DNA of 64,000 nt from NCBI GenBank assembly GCA_965261545.1, contig CBDHDF010000002.1, positions 768,001-832,000 on the forward strand, in the 5' to 3' direction. The DNA is from Bdellovibrionales bacterium (GTDB lineage Bacteria > Bdellovibrionota > Bdellovibrionia > Bdellovibrionales > UBA1609). The notes below the pieces were generated by a model. That model saw only the letters and a program-made list of their open reading frames with translations, searched no databases and was not told the origin of the DNA. Position 1 is the stretch's first letter. Every line of letters starts with the position of its first letter. Both the position numbers and the translations under genes were made by a program. Positions 11,623-20,622 of the stretch are shown here, one piece after another.

Positions 11623-12153
11623 TTATAAGAGAAGCTTTCGTAGCTCATCCTGACTATATATATAGTCGGCATAGACCATGGTGTTTGTAATACTTCGGTG
11701 CCCAAGAGCCACTTGAACAAGTCTCAGATCCTTGGTTTTCTTGTAAAGACCAATGGCAAAAGTATGTCTTAGACTATGGAATTTTTTAGTCACGGGTCTA
11801 TAGCGTTCCCATATTTGCCTCAAGCGACTGTAACTCATGGGAAAAGGTCGCTCCTCTTTTGGATTCAAATCTTGAAGGCGAGCAAAAAGCCAACTTGGTA
11901 TAGGGAGTTCTCGATCGTTGCTTCCCTTAAGTCCCTTGATAAAAACAGTTTCTTCATAAGAATTCATGTCATTGGAAGCTATATTCAATAACTCCATGGC
12001 CCGAGCCCCTGTGCGAAGGGCTAGAAATAAAAGTGTGGTGTTTCTAGGGTCAGAATCAAGATGGCGTTTGAGAATAAACTCCAATCGCTCCAACTCAGGA
12101 GGGAGAAGATATTTGTTCTTGTTGAGTGAATAGGGTTTAGCTTTTAACGCCAT
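11623..12153 (-). CDS. small tyrosine recombinase (catalytic domain only, about 176 aa)
   Basis: RTGAR, KGS, HSLRH, LGH and final Tyr (TMVY) catalytic set; no N-terminal binding domain; ATG at 12153 after GGAG. Confidence 0.88.
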   Translation of the reverse strand: MALKAKPYSLNKNKYLLPPELERLEFILKRHLDSDPRNTTLLFLALRTGARAMELLNIASNDMNSYEETVFIKGLKGSNDRELPIPSWLFARLQDLNPKEERPFPMSYSRLRQIWERYRPVTKKFHSLRHTFAIGLYKKTKDLRLVQVALGHRSITNTMVYADYIYSQDELRKLLL

Positions 12154-12198
12154 GCGTATGTCTCCCGACTGGAATACATTCAAATATTTATACTACAA

Positions 12199-13647
12199 TT
12201 GCCTAGTTATGCTAAAATCGTACAGGACAGACAGAATTATGTCATTCATCACCGTAACGTTATTAAATGGAAAAAAGAGAAGAGCCTTCAAGCCTGTGAG
12301 AAGAATTGTGTGATTTACCAGAAAATATTGTCAGTGAGATTTTTAATTTTCTTTTTGGGAATCTATCATCTCTCGCTCCAAATGGTATTGGTTCAAACAG
12401 CCTCGGCCCAAACTGTGTCTACTATTTGTGGAGTCGGCCTTCACCCCCTTGTGGAGATGTCTGATCAGGGCCAAGGACAATCCCAGATTCAGATGCTTAA
12501 TATTTTTGGTCCTGGAGGTCAAATCTTGGCCCAAGTGATGAACGGTGAAACGCACTATTTACTTGCTGACCATGGGCGCTCCACGAGAGTTGTTTGCAAA
12601 GAAGACAATAGCCCACTGGGAAATTTTGACTACACTCCCTACGGAGAGACAAGCTTTACGGGTGATGTGGATTCTGTAACTTATCGTTACACCGGCCAAC
12701 CCGTGAATTTTGGACTCAATAGCTATCATTTTCACCACAGAGAATACGACCCAGGTATCCTTCGATTCACAAGCATCGACCCCGCCAGGTACAATGAATC
12801 TCCTTATATTTACAGCAACAGTAGCCCCACCAGTTTTATGGATCCTACGGGGGGGCAGCCGACATATATCACTCTTTGGCTTAGTCAGAATGTAGGAGAG
12901 CTTTTAAACCCCGACAAATTATTTGTAAGTCAGTATAATTCTTCTGTATTACCAGGCCACGAAGGTACCCCTACACAAATCTTGCATGAAGAACTTACAT
13001 TAAATAATCGTGGTTATGGTTCAAAAGGGAGTATATTTTCTGAGGACAGTCGTCTAGGAACAATTATAGTCAGTGCTCATGGAGGTGCCCATGGGGTAGA
13101 TGTAGGTGAGGGACAATATATGAATCCAAAGAAGTTCTTTGAGCATTTGTTTCGACGTGTCATGGAAATAGATCCATTGGGAGTGGAGCAGGTAGATAGC
13201 ATTACGTTATTTTCATGTAAGCTAGGTTGCTCACATGATGGAAAACCGAGTTTTGCAAGTAGCTTCCTGGCTGAAAACGTAAAAGGAAAAGAAGGAGAAA
13301 GCTATTTTCCAAATTTGGAACGGGTTGTGAGTTCCCCCTACGGGATAGATGCAAGTAAGAGTCTCTCAAGCAGAAATCTTGTAAAGTTATTCTTTAGAAC
13401 GGACCGAAAGAGGAATCCACAAAAAGAAGATGGTTATGGTGATTATTATGCAGATCAAGTTAAGATTGAGCTAGATCCAGTTCAATTCTTACGGGGGCAT
13501 GGATCCACAGCAAGAGTAAGGGAAAGTGATAGGTTCGATAGATATTATTTTCAAACACTTGAGAGACAAAAACCAGACGATATAGAGGAGCTTGAGGGCA
13601 ACAATCCTTTTTCTTCTGTGGAGCCGTTCATAGAAAGTTCTTTATGA
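12199..13647 (+). CDS. signal-peptide-bearing short RHS-core protein with putative His/Cys protease C-terminus (copy 1; true start probably downstream of 12199)
   Basis: Hydrophobic segment ending ASA-Q; YTPYG, YRYTGQ, REYDPGILRFTSIDP and PTSFMDPTG RHS-associated core motifs; C-terminus with IIVSAHG and ITLFSC. Confidence 0.8.
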   Translation: MPSYAKIVQDRQNYVIHHRNVIKWKKEKSLQACEKNCVIYQKILSVRFLIFFLGIYHLSLQMVLVQTASAQTVSTICGVGLHPLVEMSDQGQGQSQIQMLNIFGPGGQILAQVMNGETHYLLADHGRSTRVVCKEDNSPLGNFDYTPYGETSFTGDVDSVTYRYTGQPVNFGLNSYHFHHREYDPGILRFTSIDPARYNESPYIYSNSSPTSFMDPTGGQPTYITLWLSQNVGELLNPDKLFVSQYNSSVLPGHEGTPTQILHEELTLNNRGYGSKGSIFSEDSRLGTIIVSAHGGAHGVDVGEGQYMNPKKFFEHLFRRVMEIDPLGVEQVDSITLFSCKLGCSHDGKPSFASSFLAENVKGKEGESYFPNLERVVSSPYGIDASKSLSSRNLVKLFFRTDRKRNPQKEDGYGDYYADQVKIELDPVQFLRGHGSTARVRESDRFDRYYFQTLERQKPDDIEELEGNNPFSSVEPFIESSL

Positions 13648-15041
13648 CTAAGCAGAAAGGTGATATTAAAATTTTTGGATATGTTTTAAGATTCTTAATT
13701 TTCTTTTTTTGGGCATATTATCTCTCGGTCCAAATAGTATTGGTTCAAACAGCTTCGGCTCAAACTGTATCTGCTATTTATGGGTCCGGCCTTCATCCCC
13801 TTGTCGAAATTTCTGATCAGGGCCAGGCACAACCCCAAATCCAGAGGCTTAATATTTTTGGCCCTGGAGGCCAAATCTTGGCTCAAGTGGTAAATGGTGA
13901 AACGCACTATTTACTTGCTGACCATGGGCGCTCCACGAGGGTTGTTTGCAAAGAAGACAATAGCCCACTGGGAAATTTTGACTACACTCCCTACGGAGAG
14001 ACAAGCTTTACGGGTGATGTGGATTCTGTAACTTATCGTTACACTGGCCAACCCGTGAACTCTGGACTCAATAGCTATCATTTTCACCACAGAGAATACG
14101 ACCCAGGTATCCTTCGGTTCACAAGTATCGACCCCGCCAGGTACAATGAATCTCCTTATATTTACAGCAACAGTAGCCCCACCAGTTTTATGGATCTCAC
14201 AGGGGGACAACCACAATATCTCACCCTTTGGTTGAGTCAAAGAATGAACCCTTTGAGCCGTCGGGGGGATGGTGTTGATGACCATCTGTATTTTCACGAC
14301 ATGCGCTTTGCTGGTAATTATAGTTCTTCTGTCGAAGGCTATCCTAAAGGAATCGTGTTTGGTGATCTTGCATTAGCTGGTACAAACCCAGGTACACGTG
14401 GAGCCGTATTTTCTGATGAGGTTCGTTTGGGATCAATTGTAGTCAGCGCTCATGGAAACTCCAGAGAGATAATAATTGATTCACAAAAAGGCTTGGGGCC
14501 AAAGGAGTTCTTTGATCATTTACTTCATCGTGTGGAAGAAATAGATCCACTGGGAGTAGAGCAGGTAAATAGCATTACTCTTTTTTCATGTCATTCAGGT
14601 TGTTTGAGGAGGGGCCAACCTTCTTTTGCTGATCGTTTTTTGAGCGAAATTCCAAGGAGGGTATCTGCAGGCGAGCCAGGCGAGCCTTATTTCCCAAAAT
14701 TAGATCGTGTTACGAGTTCCCCCTATGGAATGGCTTTTCTCGACGATGGAGCCTTAAGCAAGAATCGCATGTTTATGGAATTCTCCACAGCCCTAAAATT
14801 CAGTCGACAAAGCGGGTCTTATTTTATGGACGTCATGAAGACCACATTAGATACAGGCAAATTTTTAAGTGGTGACGGGCTCTTTGCAACAATGAGTGTA
14901 TATTCCGTCGCATTTAGAAATTATTTTAATACACGTGGTTCAAGGCGACCAGTTCATTCAAAGCTTCTCTTCGATGAGCCAAAAGACGACTCTGGTGAGC
15001 TTTCTTTTCCCACTTTTTTTCTAAAAGAAAGTTCTTTGTAA
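13644..15041 (+). CDS. signal-peptide-bearing short RHS-core protein with putative His/Cys protease C-terminus (copy 2)
   Basis: Paralogue of the upstream gene with ATGA overlap; same core ending MDLTGG; C-terminus with IVVSAHG and ITLFSC. Confidence 0.8.
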   Translation: MTKQKGDIKIFGYVLRFLIFFFWAYYLSVQIVLVQTASAQTVSAIYGSGLHPLVEISDQGQAQPQIQRLNIFGPGGQILAQVVNGETHYLLADHGRSTRVVCKEDNSPLGNFDYTPYGETSFTGDVDSVTYRYTGQPVNSGLNSYHFHHREYDPGILRFTSIDPARYNESPYIYSNSSPTSFMDLTGGQPQYLTLWLSQRMNPLSRRGDGVDDHLYFHDMRFAGNYSSSVEGYPKGIVFGDLALAGTNPGTRGAVFSDEVRLGSIVVSAHGNSREIIIDSQKGLGPKEFFDHLLHRVEEIDPLGVEQVNSITLFSCHSGCLRRGQPSFADRFLSEIPRRVSAGEPGEPYFPKLDRVTSSPYGMAFLDDGALSKNRMFMEFSTALKFSRQSGSYFMDVMKTTLDTGKFLSGDGLFATMSVYSVAFRNYFNTRGSRRPVHSKLLFDEPKDDSGELSFPTFFLKESSL

Positions 15042-15119
15042 TTGCGTGCGACATTGTGGGACTCTCGTATTGGGTCATAAGTAAACGACACCAAGGAGCG
15101 GTTTGTCATTTTGCTCATC

Positions 15120-15353
15120 TTATGCCACCTCCTTGATATTTTCCTGTCGTACTAATTTGAAAAACTCTTTAAGTTTTAGTTCAAGTCCCCTCTTTAGCTC
15201 AAAGGGGTTGAGTTCAGCTTTACGCCTCCTCAGTGCTTCATCCTCCTCATGGTTTAATACCCCACTTTCAATAACTCTCTGATAGGGAGTCTTAGGGGTG
15301 CCATACTTTTTCTTGATTCTGGCTCCCACTCGTACCTTTTCCTGAAGTTTAAA
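15120..15353 (-). pseudogene. C-terminal fragment of outer IS transposase
   Basis: FKLQEKVRVGARIKKKYGTPKTPYQRV...LNPFELKRGLE aligns with MKLVVKNRIDGKIRKIFDAPKTPYDRV...LNPFHLRLGLE of the intact relative. Confidence 0.88.
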
Positions 15354-15503
15354 TGGAGGTGGAGAATAAAAATCTCCGAATATCCAATAATTTCAATAGG
15401 TTATACAAACCTATTTAGCAATGATTAGCAAATTTAAGAAATGTTGAGAAATGCCAAAGGCACCTCTCAACTGAAGAATTATTTTACTGTTTCATAGATG
15501 TTC

Positions 15504-16667
15504 TTAACCTTGCGCCAAAGGAAAGTCGATCACATTGTTTTTAGGAACGAGAGAGTCAATAGTTGGAATCACTTGCAACACCTCTGTTGCGCCTTTGACC
15601 TCAACCCCAGCAAGCCGAAGGTAGATCTGGAAAGTCTTAATGTCTCTCCAGCCACCGATTTTCATAACGGTGGCTTGATTTACCCCATGAGCTAACATGT
15701 GAGTCGCAAAGCAAGCCCTGAGTGTGTGAAATACAACATGTTGATTTATGTTATATTTCTTTAGAAATGCTCTCAAAACCTTTCCAGCTTCACCATTGGT
15801 CCATGTCCCATGCCTTGGAAGGACAAAGCCTTCAGGGTCACAGTGACCATCTTTCTGAAGCTCGGTGATAATCTTCAAAAGGTCACTGGAAATGGGTACG
15901 TTTCGCCAGTAACCAGCTTTAGTGCATTTTATCACTCGCTTACGATGGCTGTAGGACTTGGAGACCAATATTGTTTGTCGATCAAAATCAATATCCTTCC
16001 ACTGCAATGCCTTCAATTCGCCACTTCTCATTCCAGTAAGAAATGCAAAAGACCAAATATGATACCAAGGATGCTGCTCTTCTTTAGCTCCTTTGAGAAG
16101 AGTTTTAATCTCTTCTAAGGTGAGAATCTTAGGAACCTTCTCCGCCTTGTCTGAAACATTAACTCCCTCAGTAGGGCTTGAGTGAACACCAACGACCAGC
16201 TTTTCCTCAATAGCCCACTTGAAGACTACATTTACAGAGGATTTGATTTTTTTTAGTGAACCTTCCTTGCCTCCACTTTCTTTCGCCTGACTCAAGACAA
16301 GTCTTCCATCCCCCTTAGTGAGTTCGGAAGCCACGCAGTCAAGCCAAAGCTTTGTATAATGGAGCAGTCGGTTTACATGGTCCTTGATGTAATGGGGGTC
16401 TTTTTGTTTATCTCCGAGAAGTCCTTGCAAAGCATAGGTTTCCCAGCGATAAATGACATCCCTCCATTTCAGCCCTCGTCCTTCGATCTTATTGATCTCA
16501 TCTGAAACAGCTCTAATAAGCCTTTTCTCTTCTTTGCACGCATCCTTAAGAGTCTCTATATTAAATTTATTCTTTTGGACCCTTATAGAAGTGTCTACCT
16601 TTCCTCGCCCCTGAACATAGACTCGGAAAAGCTGTTTTCCATTTTTTTCATAAGTTAAAATTGCCAT
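15504..16667 (-). CDS. phage-type tyrosine integrase
   Basis: TGMRSGEL, TK, FHTLRA, GW and YL catalytic motifs; 387 aa including N-terminal domains. Confidence 0.92.
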   Translation of the reverse strand: MAILTYEKNGKQLFRVYVQGRGKVDTSIRVQKNKFNIETLKDACKEEKRLIRAVSDEINKIEGRGLKWRDVIYRWETYALQGLLGDKQKDPHYIKDHVNRLLHYTKLWLDCVASELTKGDGRLVLSQAKESGGKEGSLKKIKSSVNVVFKWAIEEKLVVGVHSSPTEGVNVSDKAEKVPKILTLEEIKTLLKGAKEEQHPWYHIWSFAFLTGMRSGELKALQWKDIDFDRQTILVSKSYSHRKRVIKCTKAGYWRNVPISSDLLKIITELQKDGHCDPEGFVLPRHGTWTNGEAGKVLRAFLKKYNINQHVVFHTLRACFATHMLAHGVNQATVMKIGGWRDIKTFQIYLRLAGVEVKGATEVLQVIPTIDSLVPKNNVIDFPLAQG

Positions 16668-16858
16668 TTGTAACCTCCCATATGTTGTGAGGTTTCAATG
16701 AGCATATCCAACTCTTCTCTTTTGAAATACAGCCTTCGCCTAAACTTTCTTGCCCTCAAAATTCTGCGATATACCAGAATCCTGATGGCATTAACGCTTT
16801 TGCGAAGATAGCGTGCAGTTTCTTCAGTTGTTAACCAAGCTAAATTGTCAAAGAGCAT
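16655..16858 (-). CDS. helix-turn-helix excisionase-like protein
   Basis: 67 aa; WLTTEETARYL...RRLYFKREELD Xis/HTH_17-like pattern; overlaps the integrase start. Confidence 0.8.
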   Translation of the reverse strand: MLFDNLAWLTTEETARYLRKSVNAIRILVYRRILRARKFRRRLYFKREELDMLIETSQHMGGYKWQF

Positions 16859-17181
16859 ATCAAAGTCGCAAGTCCGTTACTTATCTCGTGACTTATTTTT
16901 AACTTACACTCTGATCCCTGCCATCTTCTTCCTGGCAGTTGTTTGCAATAATATCAATCACTTCTTTACTAGACAAGTTATAAGTTAAGAAAAATCGAAA
17001 GAATTAGCTCCATGAAGAGCACATGGGAAGCCGATTTGCCACAAAATATAAAATGGATTTTGTGACAAATACTGATCGAAAACCTTCATTTGAAGAAGCC
17101 AGCAACAGAAGGGATTTCCTTTTGAGTTATGAACAAGGGAAATTCTGAAATAGTGTTTTTAGAGCATTTAAGGAGTTTTTG

Positions 17182-18147
17182 TCATTTTTCTGAGAGTTCC
17201 TTCACTTCTTTGGAAGTAAGCCCAGTACATAGACAAATCGTTTTTGCCTCAAAGCCATTTTGAATCATTCGTAACGCTGTTTCTTCGCGGCTCTTTTTAA
17301 TGCCCTTAATACCCTCTTCACGGCCCTTCTTAAGGCCCTTTCTCATTCCCTTTTCCTCAGCTTCATCCAAAGAACATTGCAATGCTGACATAACTCTTTG
17401 CTCCTCCTCGATACTTTCTTTTTCAATCTTACTGAGTATGTTTAAAGTGAAATCTGAATCGTTTCGGTGGATATAATCCACCGCCTTTTGAATAAGGAAC
17501 TTTTGATCCTTCTCACCCAAGTTTGTACCCATCTGAAACAGCTCCACAATGGTCTCATGGCGAAGCTTCCAGATACTACTCATTATAAGCAAAATCGGCC
17601 TAGAAAGCAAATTTCTGCCAACTCCACGATAAAGATTTATATCATGGATATTCAACAACTTACAACGAAAATTGAGGATATTCTTCCCAAATTTCTGTCT
17701 TAAAACGGGAGTGAGCCCATCCAGAGAATCTTGAAAATTCAGGGGACCCCTCCAGTGTTTTTGTCGTCCGTGATAGACCAGTATGGGAATGACCGGATAA
17801 TTCCAGCGATTGTAAACAAGGGTCTGGTACCTCAGAATTTGTTGGAGAACTTGAGAATCCTGATGACTTTTGTGTTCGAGCAGAAAAAAAAGACGTACCC
17901 GTTTTTGGGACCCCTTGACTTGAACTGAGAATAAAAGGTCAATGCGCCGCTCATTGCCCTCTTCATCTGTAAAGACAGTTATTTCTGGTTTGAGAGTTTT
18001 CCAGTTAAAGAGCTTAAACTCCTGTGTCGTCAAGACAAGACGGAAAATGTCTAGGCAATATCTCTCATTCAGGAAAGTTTCATTGAATAGAGCATTATGG
18101 GACTGAGACTGTTGTTTTCTTTTTTCTGAGGTTTTCTTTGATGGCAA
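17182..18147 (-). CDS. Rpn/YhgA-family recombination-promoting nuclease (PD-(D/E)XK)
   Basis: HNALF, RIDLLF, LLEHKS and PVIPILVYHG motifs; C-terminal EKG/KKG/EEG repeats and TGL tail. Confidence 0.88.
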   Translation of the reverse strand: MPSKKTSEKRKQQSQSHNALFNETFLNERYCLDIFRLVLTTQEFKLFNWKTLKPEITVFTDEEGNERRIDLLFSVQVKGSQKRVRLFFLLEHKSHQDSQVLQQILRYQTLVYNRWNYPVIPILVYHGRQKHWRGPLNFQDSLDGLTPVLRQKFGKNILNFRCKLLNIHDINLYRGVGRNLLSRPILLIMSSIWKLRHETIVELFQMGTNLGEKDQKFLIQKAVDYIHRNDSDFTLNILSKIEKESIEEEQRVMSALQCSLDEAEEKGMRKGLKKGREEGIKGIKKSREETALRMIQNGFEAKTICLCTGLTSKEVKELSEK

Positions 18148-18329
18148 TGTCAGTGGAGTCCTCGCAAAGTCTAGAAATTCAAGTTTGTACTATTTTGTGT
18201 CGACAATGACTCAGTGACATAAGTAAAGTCAAGTAGGTAGGCTTGAGTCAATGAGACTAAGGTTGGTTCAGATAGTGGGTGAGTTTATGGCTTCAAGTCA
18301 ATGGCTAAAGAGGGCAAGAGTTAAGTAAA

Positions 18330-20186
18330 GTGCCGCCAAAGCAAAAAATGAAAGGAGATCAAAAAATGAAAGGAATGAAACCCATAAGGTCCATGAGACC
18401 TTTATTGCTTTTGTGGTTATTGTCACTGTTGATGGTTTTGCCTTCATGTGCCTTTTTGAGCAAAGAGGGCCGAGTGAGTCAAGAGGGCAAAGAGAGCCGA
18501 GAGAGTCAAGACAAAGGTCTGAATCAGAATCATACAAATCCATCAAGGGACTCTTCTGCACCTCTACCTCTATCTACATCATCTACACCAGAAGACCGTA
18601 CCGCTTCCTACAAGGCTGTGGTTCGTAAGCATGAAGAAAAGATGAGGCGAATCACCCTAAAATCGGGAGGCCGACTCCAGTTACCCCATGGATCTGGCTT
18701 CCAAGGTCATTATAGTTCCCATGGTGGCCATGGTTCCCACAGTGGACCTCGTGGATCTCGTTCTCATGGTACGAAAAGAGGTGATAATGATAAGGGTGAC
18801 AAAAGAAGGCCCTCTTCTGTGAATCTTGTAGGCCCCGATGGTGATGTGATTTTATTTTATAAAGAAAAAAGCCACCAAGGAGAAGATAAGATTGTGATCC
18901 AAGAGTGTGAAGTGGGTTCTGTTATAAATGAGGTGAGTGATTGCCAGCGGCCCGATGGTGCACTTATAAAAAAAGTCCCCGTGAGTGACTTTAAGCGTCG
19001 CCTTCAATCCGTGCTAAGAGTTAATGAGCTTCCTACCCTAAGTCCCAAAGAGGCTCGGCAGGTCAAAGCCTATAAAGAGGGCATGGAAGCTCCCAGTGTC
19101 CATGACCTCGTTCGACAAAGAGATGAGGCCAAGGAAAAGGTCTCAGGCATAGAAAAGTTCATAGACGCCTATGGAGAAGAAAATGCAGGATCTCTTATAA
19201 AAAAATTAACGGCCTTAAGAAAAAACCTTGAAGCACTTGACTCAAAAATTGACAGCAAGCAGGAGTTCGCTGATACCGTGAGTGCTCTGAACGGAGTCAT
19301 TGAGAGCTTAGTGGATGAAGTGATAGGAAGCCCTCGGATGAAGACACGTCTTTATTCAAAAGACAAAACAGGTATTGAATACAGTGTTTTGAGAGCCTAT
19401 GTGAGACCAACATTGTCTCAATATGGTTTTGTCCCCGTGTCTGTAGGTTCTTTCATCATGGGGGGTCCTAAGACTGAAAAAGGTCGAGATTCAGATGAGA
19501 CCCCTCATAAAGTAACAATTTCTAAGCCCTTTGAAATAGGCACCACAGAGGTGACTCAATGGCAGTGGTTTGTTGTGATGGGGACAAATCTTTCAAAATT
19601 CCAAGAAAAAGAGTATTGCCCAGAAAGTTATATGGAACAAGATGGAGTTTCAATGTGTGCCGATCATCCTGTGGAGAGAGTGTCTTGGGAGGACGTCCAA
19701 GAATTTATAAATGAGTACAATCGCAGGGCGAGAGAGTCCCACGGTGACAAATATGAATACCGTTTGCCTACGGAAGCGGAGTGGGAATTTGCAGCCAGGG
19801 GTGGTGCAAAAGCAGGCACAAAAACAGCCTACTCCTTTGGTGACAATCCTTCAGAACTTAAAAACTATGGTTGGTATAGGGGGAACTCTGGATCTGGCAA
19901 ACAAAGCCGACAATCAAGGTCCGTAGCATTGTTGAGCCCCAATCCCCTAGGGCTTTATGATGTTCATGGAAATGTGTGGGAATGGGTCGAAGACTGGTAT
20001 AAGAGGAAATATCCTGAAGGTCCTGTCACAGACCCTAGAGGTCCGGAAAATGGCTCTAACCGTATTGTACGTGGTGGCGGGAACGACGGCGCTCGTCGCT
20101 ACCTGCGCTCTTCCAATCGTAGCTACGATCGGCCTGATGGTCGCTGGTGCAATATCGGTTTCCGCCTTGTGAGGACGCCTATGTAA
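18330..20186 (+). CDS. lipoprotein with coiled coil and C-terminal FGE-sulfatase/SUMF1 (CLec-fold) domain
   Basis: Lipobox LPS-C; FIMG, EVTQ, HPVERVSW, RLPTEAEWEFAARGG, PNPLGLYDVHGNVWEW, RGG...IGFRLV motifs; start may be one of the downstream ATGs. Confidence 0.88.
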   Translation: MPPKQKMKGDQKMKGMKPIRSMRPLLLLWLLSLLMVLPSCAFLSKEGRVSQEGKESRESQDKGLNQNHTNPSRDSSAPLPLSTSSTPEDRTASYKAVVRKHEEKMRRITLKSGGRLQLPHGSGFQGHYSSHGGHGSHSGPRGSRSHGTKRGDNDKGDKRRPSSVNLVGPDGDVILFYKEKSHQGEDKIVIQECEVGSVINEVSDCQRPDGALIKKVPVSDFKRRLQSVLRVNELPTLSPKEARQVKAYKEGMEAPSVHDLVRQRDEAKEKVSGIEKFIDAYGEENAGSLIKKLTALRKNLEALDSKIDSKQEFADTVSALNGVIESLVDEVIGSPRMKTRLYSKDKTGIEYSVLRAYVRPTLSQYGFVPVSVGSFIMGGPKTEKGRDSDETPHKVTISKPFEIGTTEVTQWQWFVVMGTNLSKFQEKEYCPESYMEQDGVSMCADHPVERVSWEDVQEFINEYNRRARESHGDKYEYRLPTEAEWEFAARGGAKAGTKTAYSFGDNPSELKNYGWYRGNSGSGKQSRQSRSVALLSPNPLGLYDVHGNVWEWVEDWYKRKYPEGPVTDPRGPENGSNRIVRGGGNDGARRYLRSSNRSYDRPDGRWCNIGFRLVRTPM

Positions 20187-20622
20187 CCCCTTTGTTAGGC
20201 GCCAATTAAAATTGGCCATTTTTAGAAGCCGTCGCCAATGAAAAACGGCCAGTTGATAATGTACTGATTTAGTTATTCTTCGTTCAGAGTTTAGTCAAGT
20301 GTCTTTATTTTGCTCATCATTTAACTCGGACTATGCCACAAGATTCTGAGGAATGATTTTCTGCCCACCACTTTTGGCATGACCCCAAATGCATCCTTCA
20401 GCCCTATGGCAGAGGTAAATGGAGTATTTTTCAGGATTCCTTGGCGCAGCTAATGTCTAAAGCTCCGCGAGAGTGACGAGCAAATAGTACGGTAAAAGCC
20501 AGTTATCCATAAATTTATCCATGGCGACACTGCGGCTGTGACCCCGATGTCTAGCAACGCAGTGCTGCTGTGGATAAATTTTGTGGATAACTGGCGAGTT
20601 CCTTCCCCAAAAGTGGGGATCT

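Noticed and set aside
15351..15370. tRNA/tmRNA 3'-end fragment (CCACCTCCA on the minus strand) at the element boundary
   Set aside because: Too short, not duplicated at the other end, and no tRNA fold nearby.
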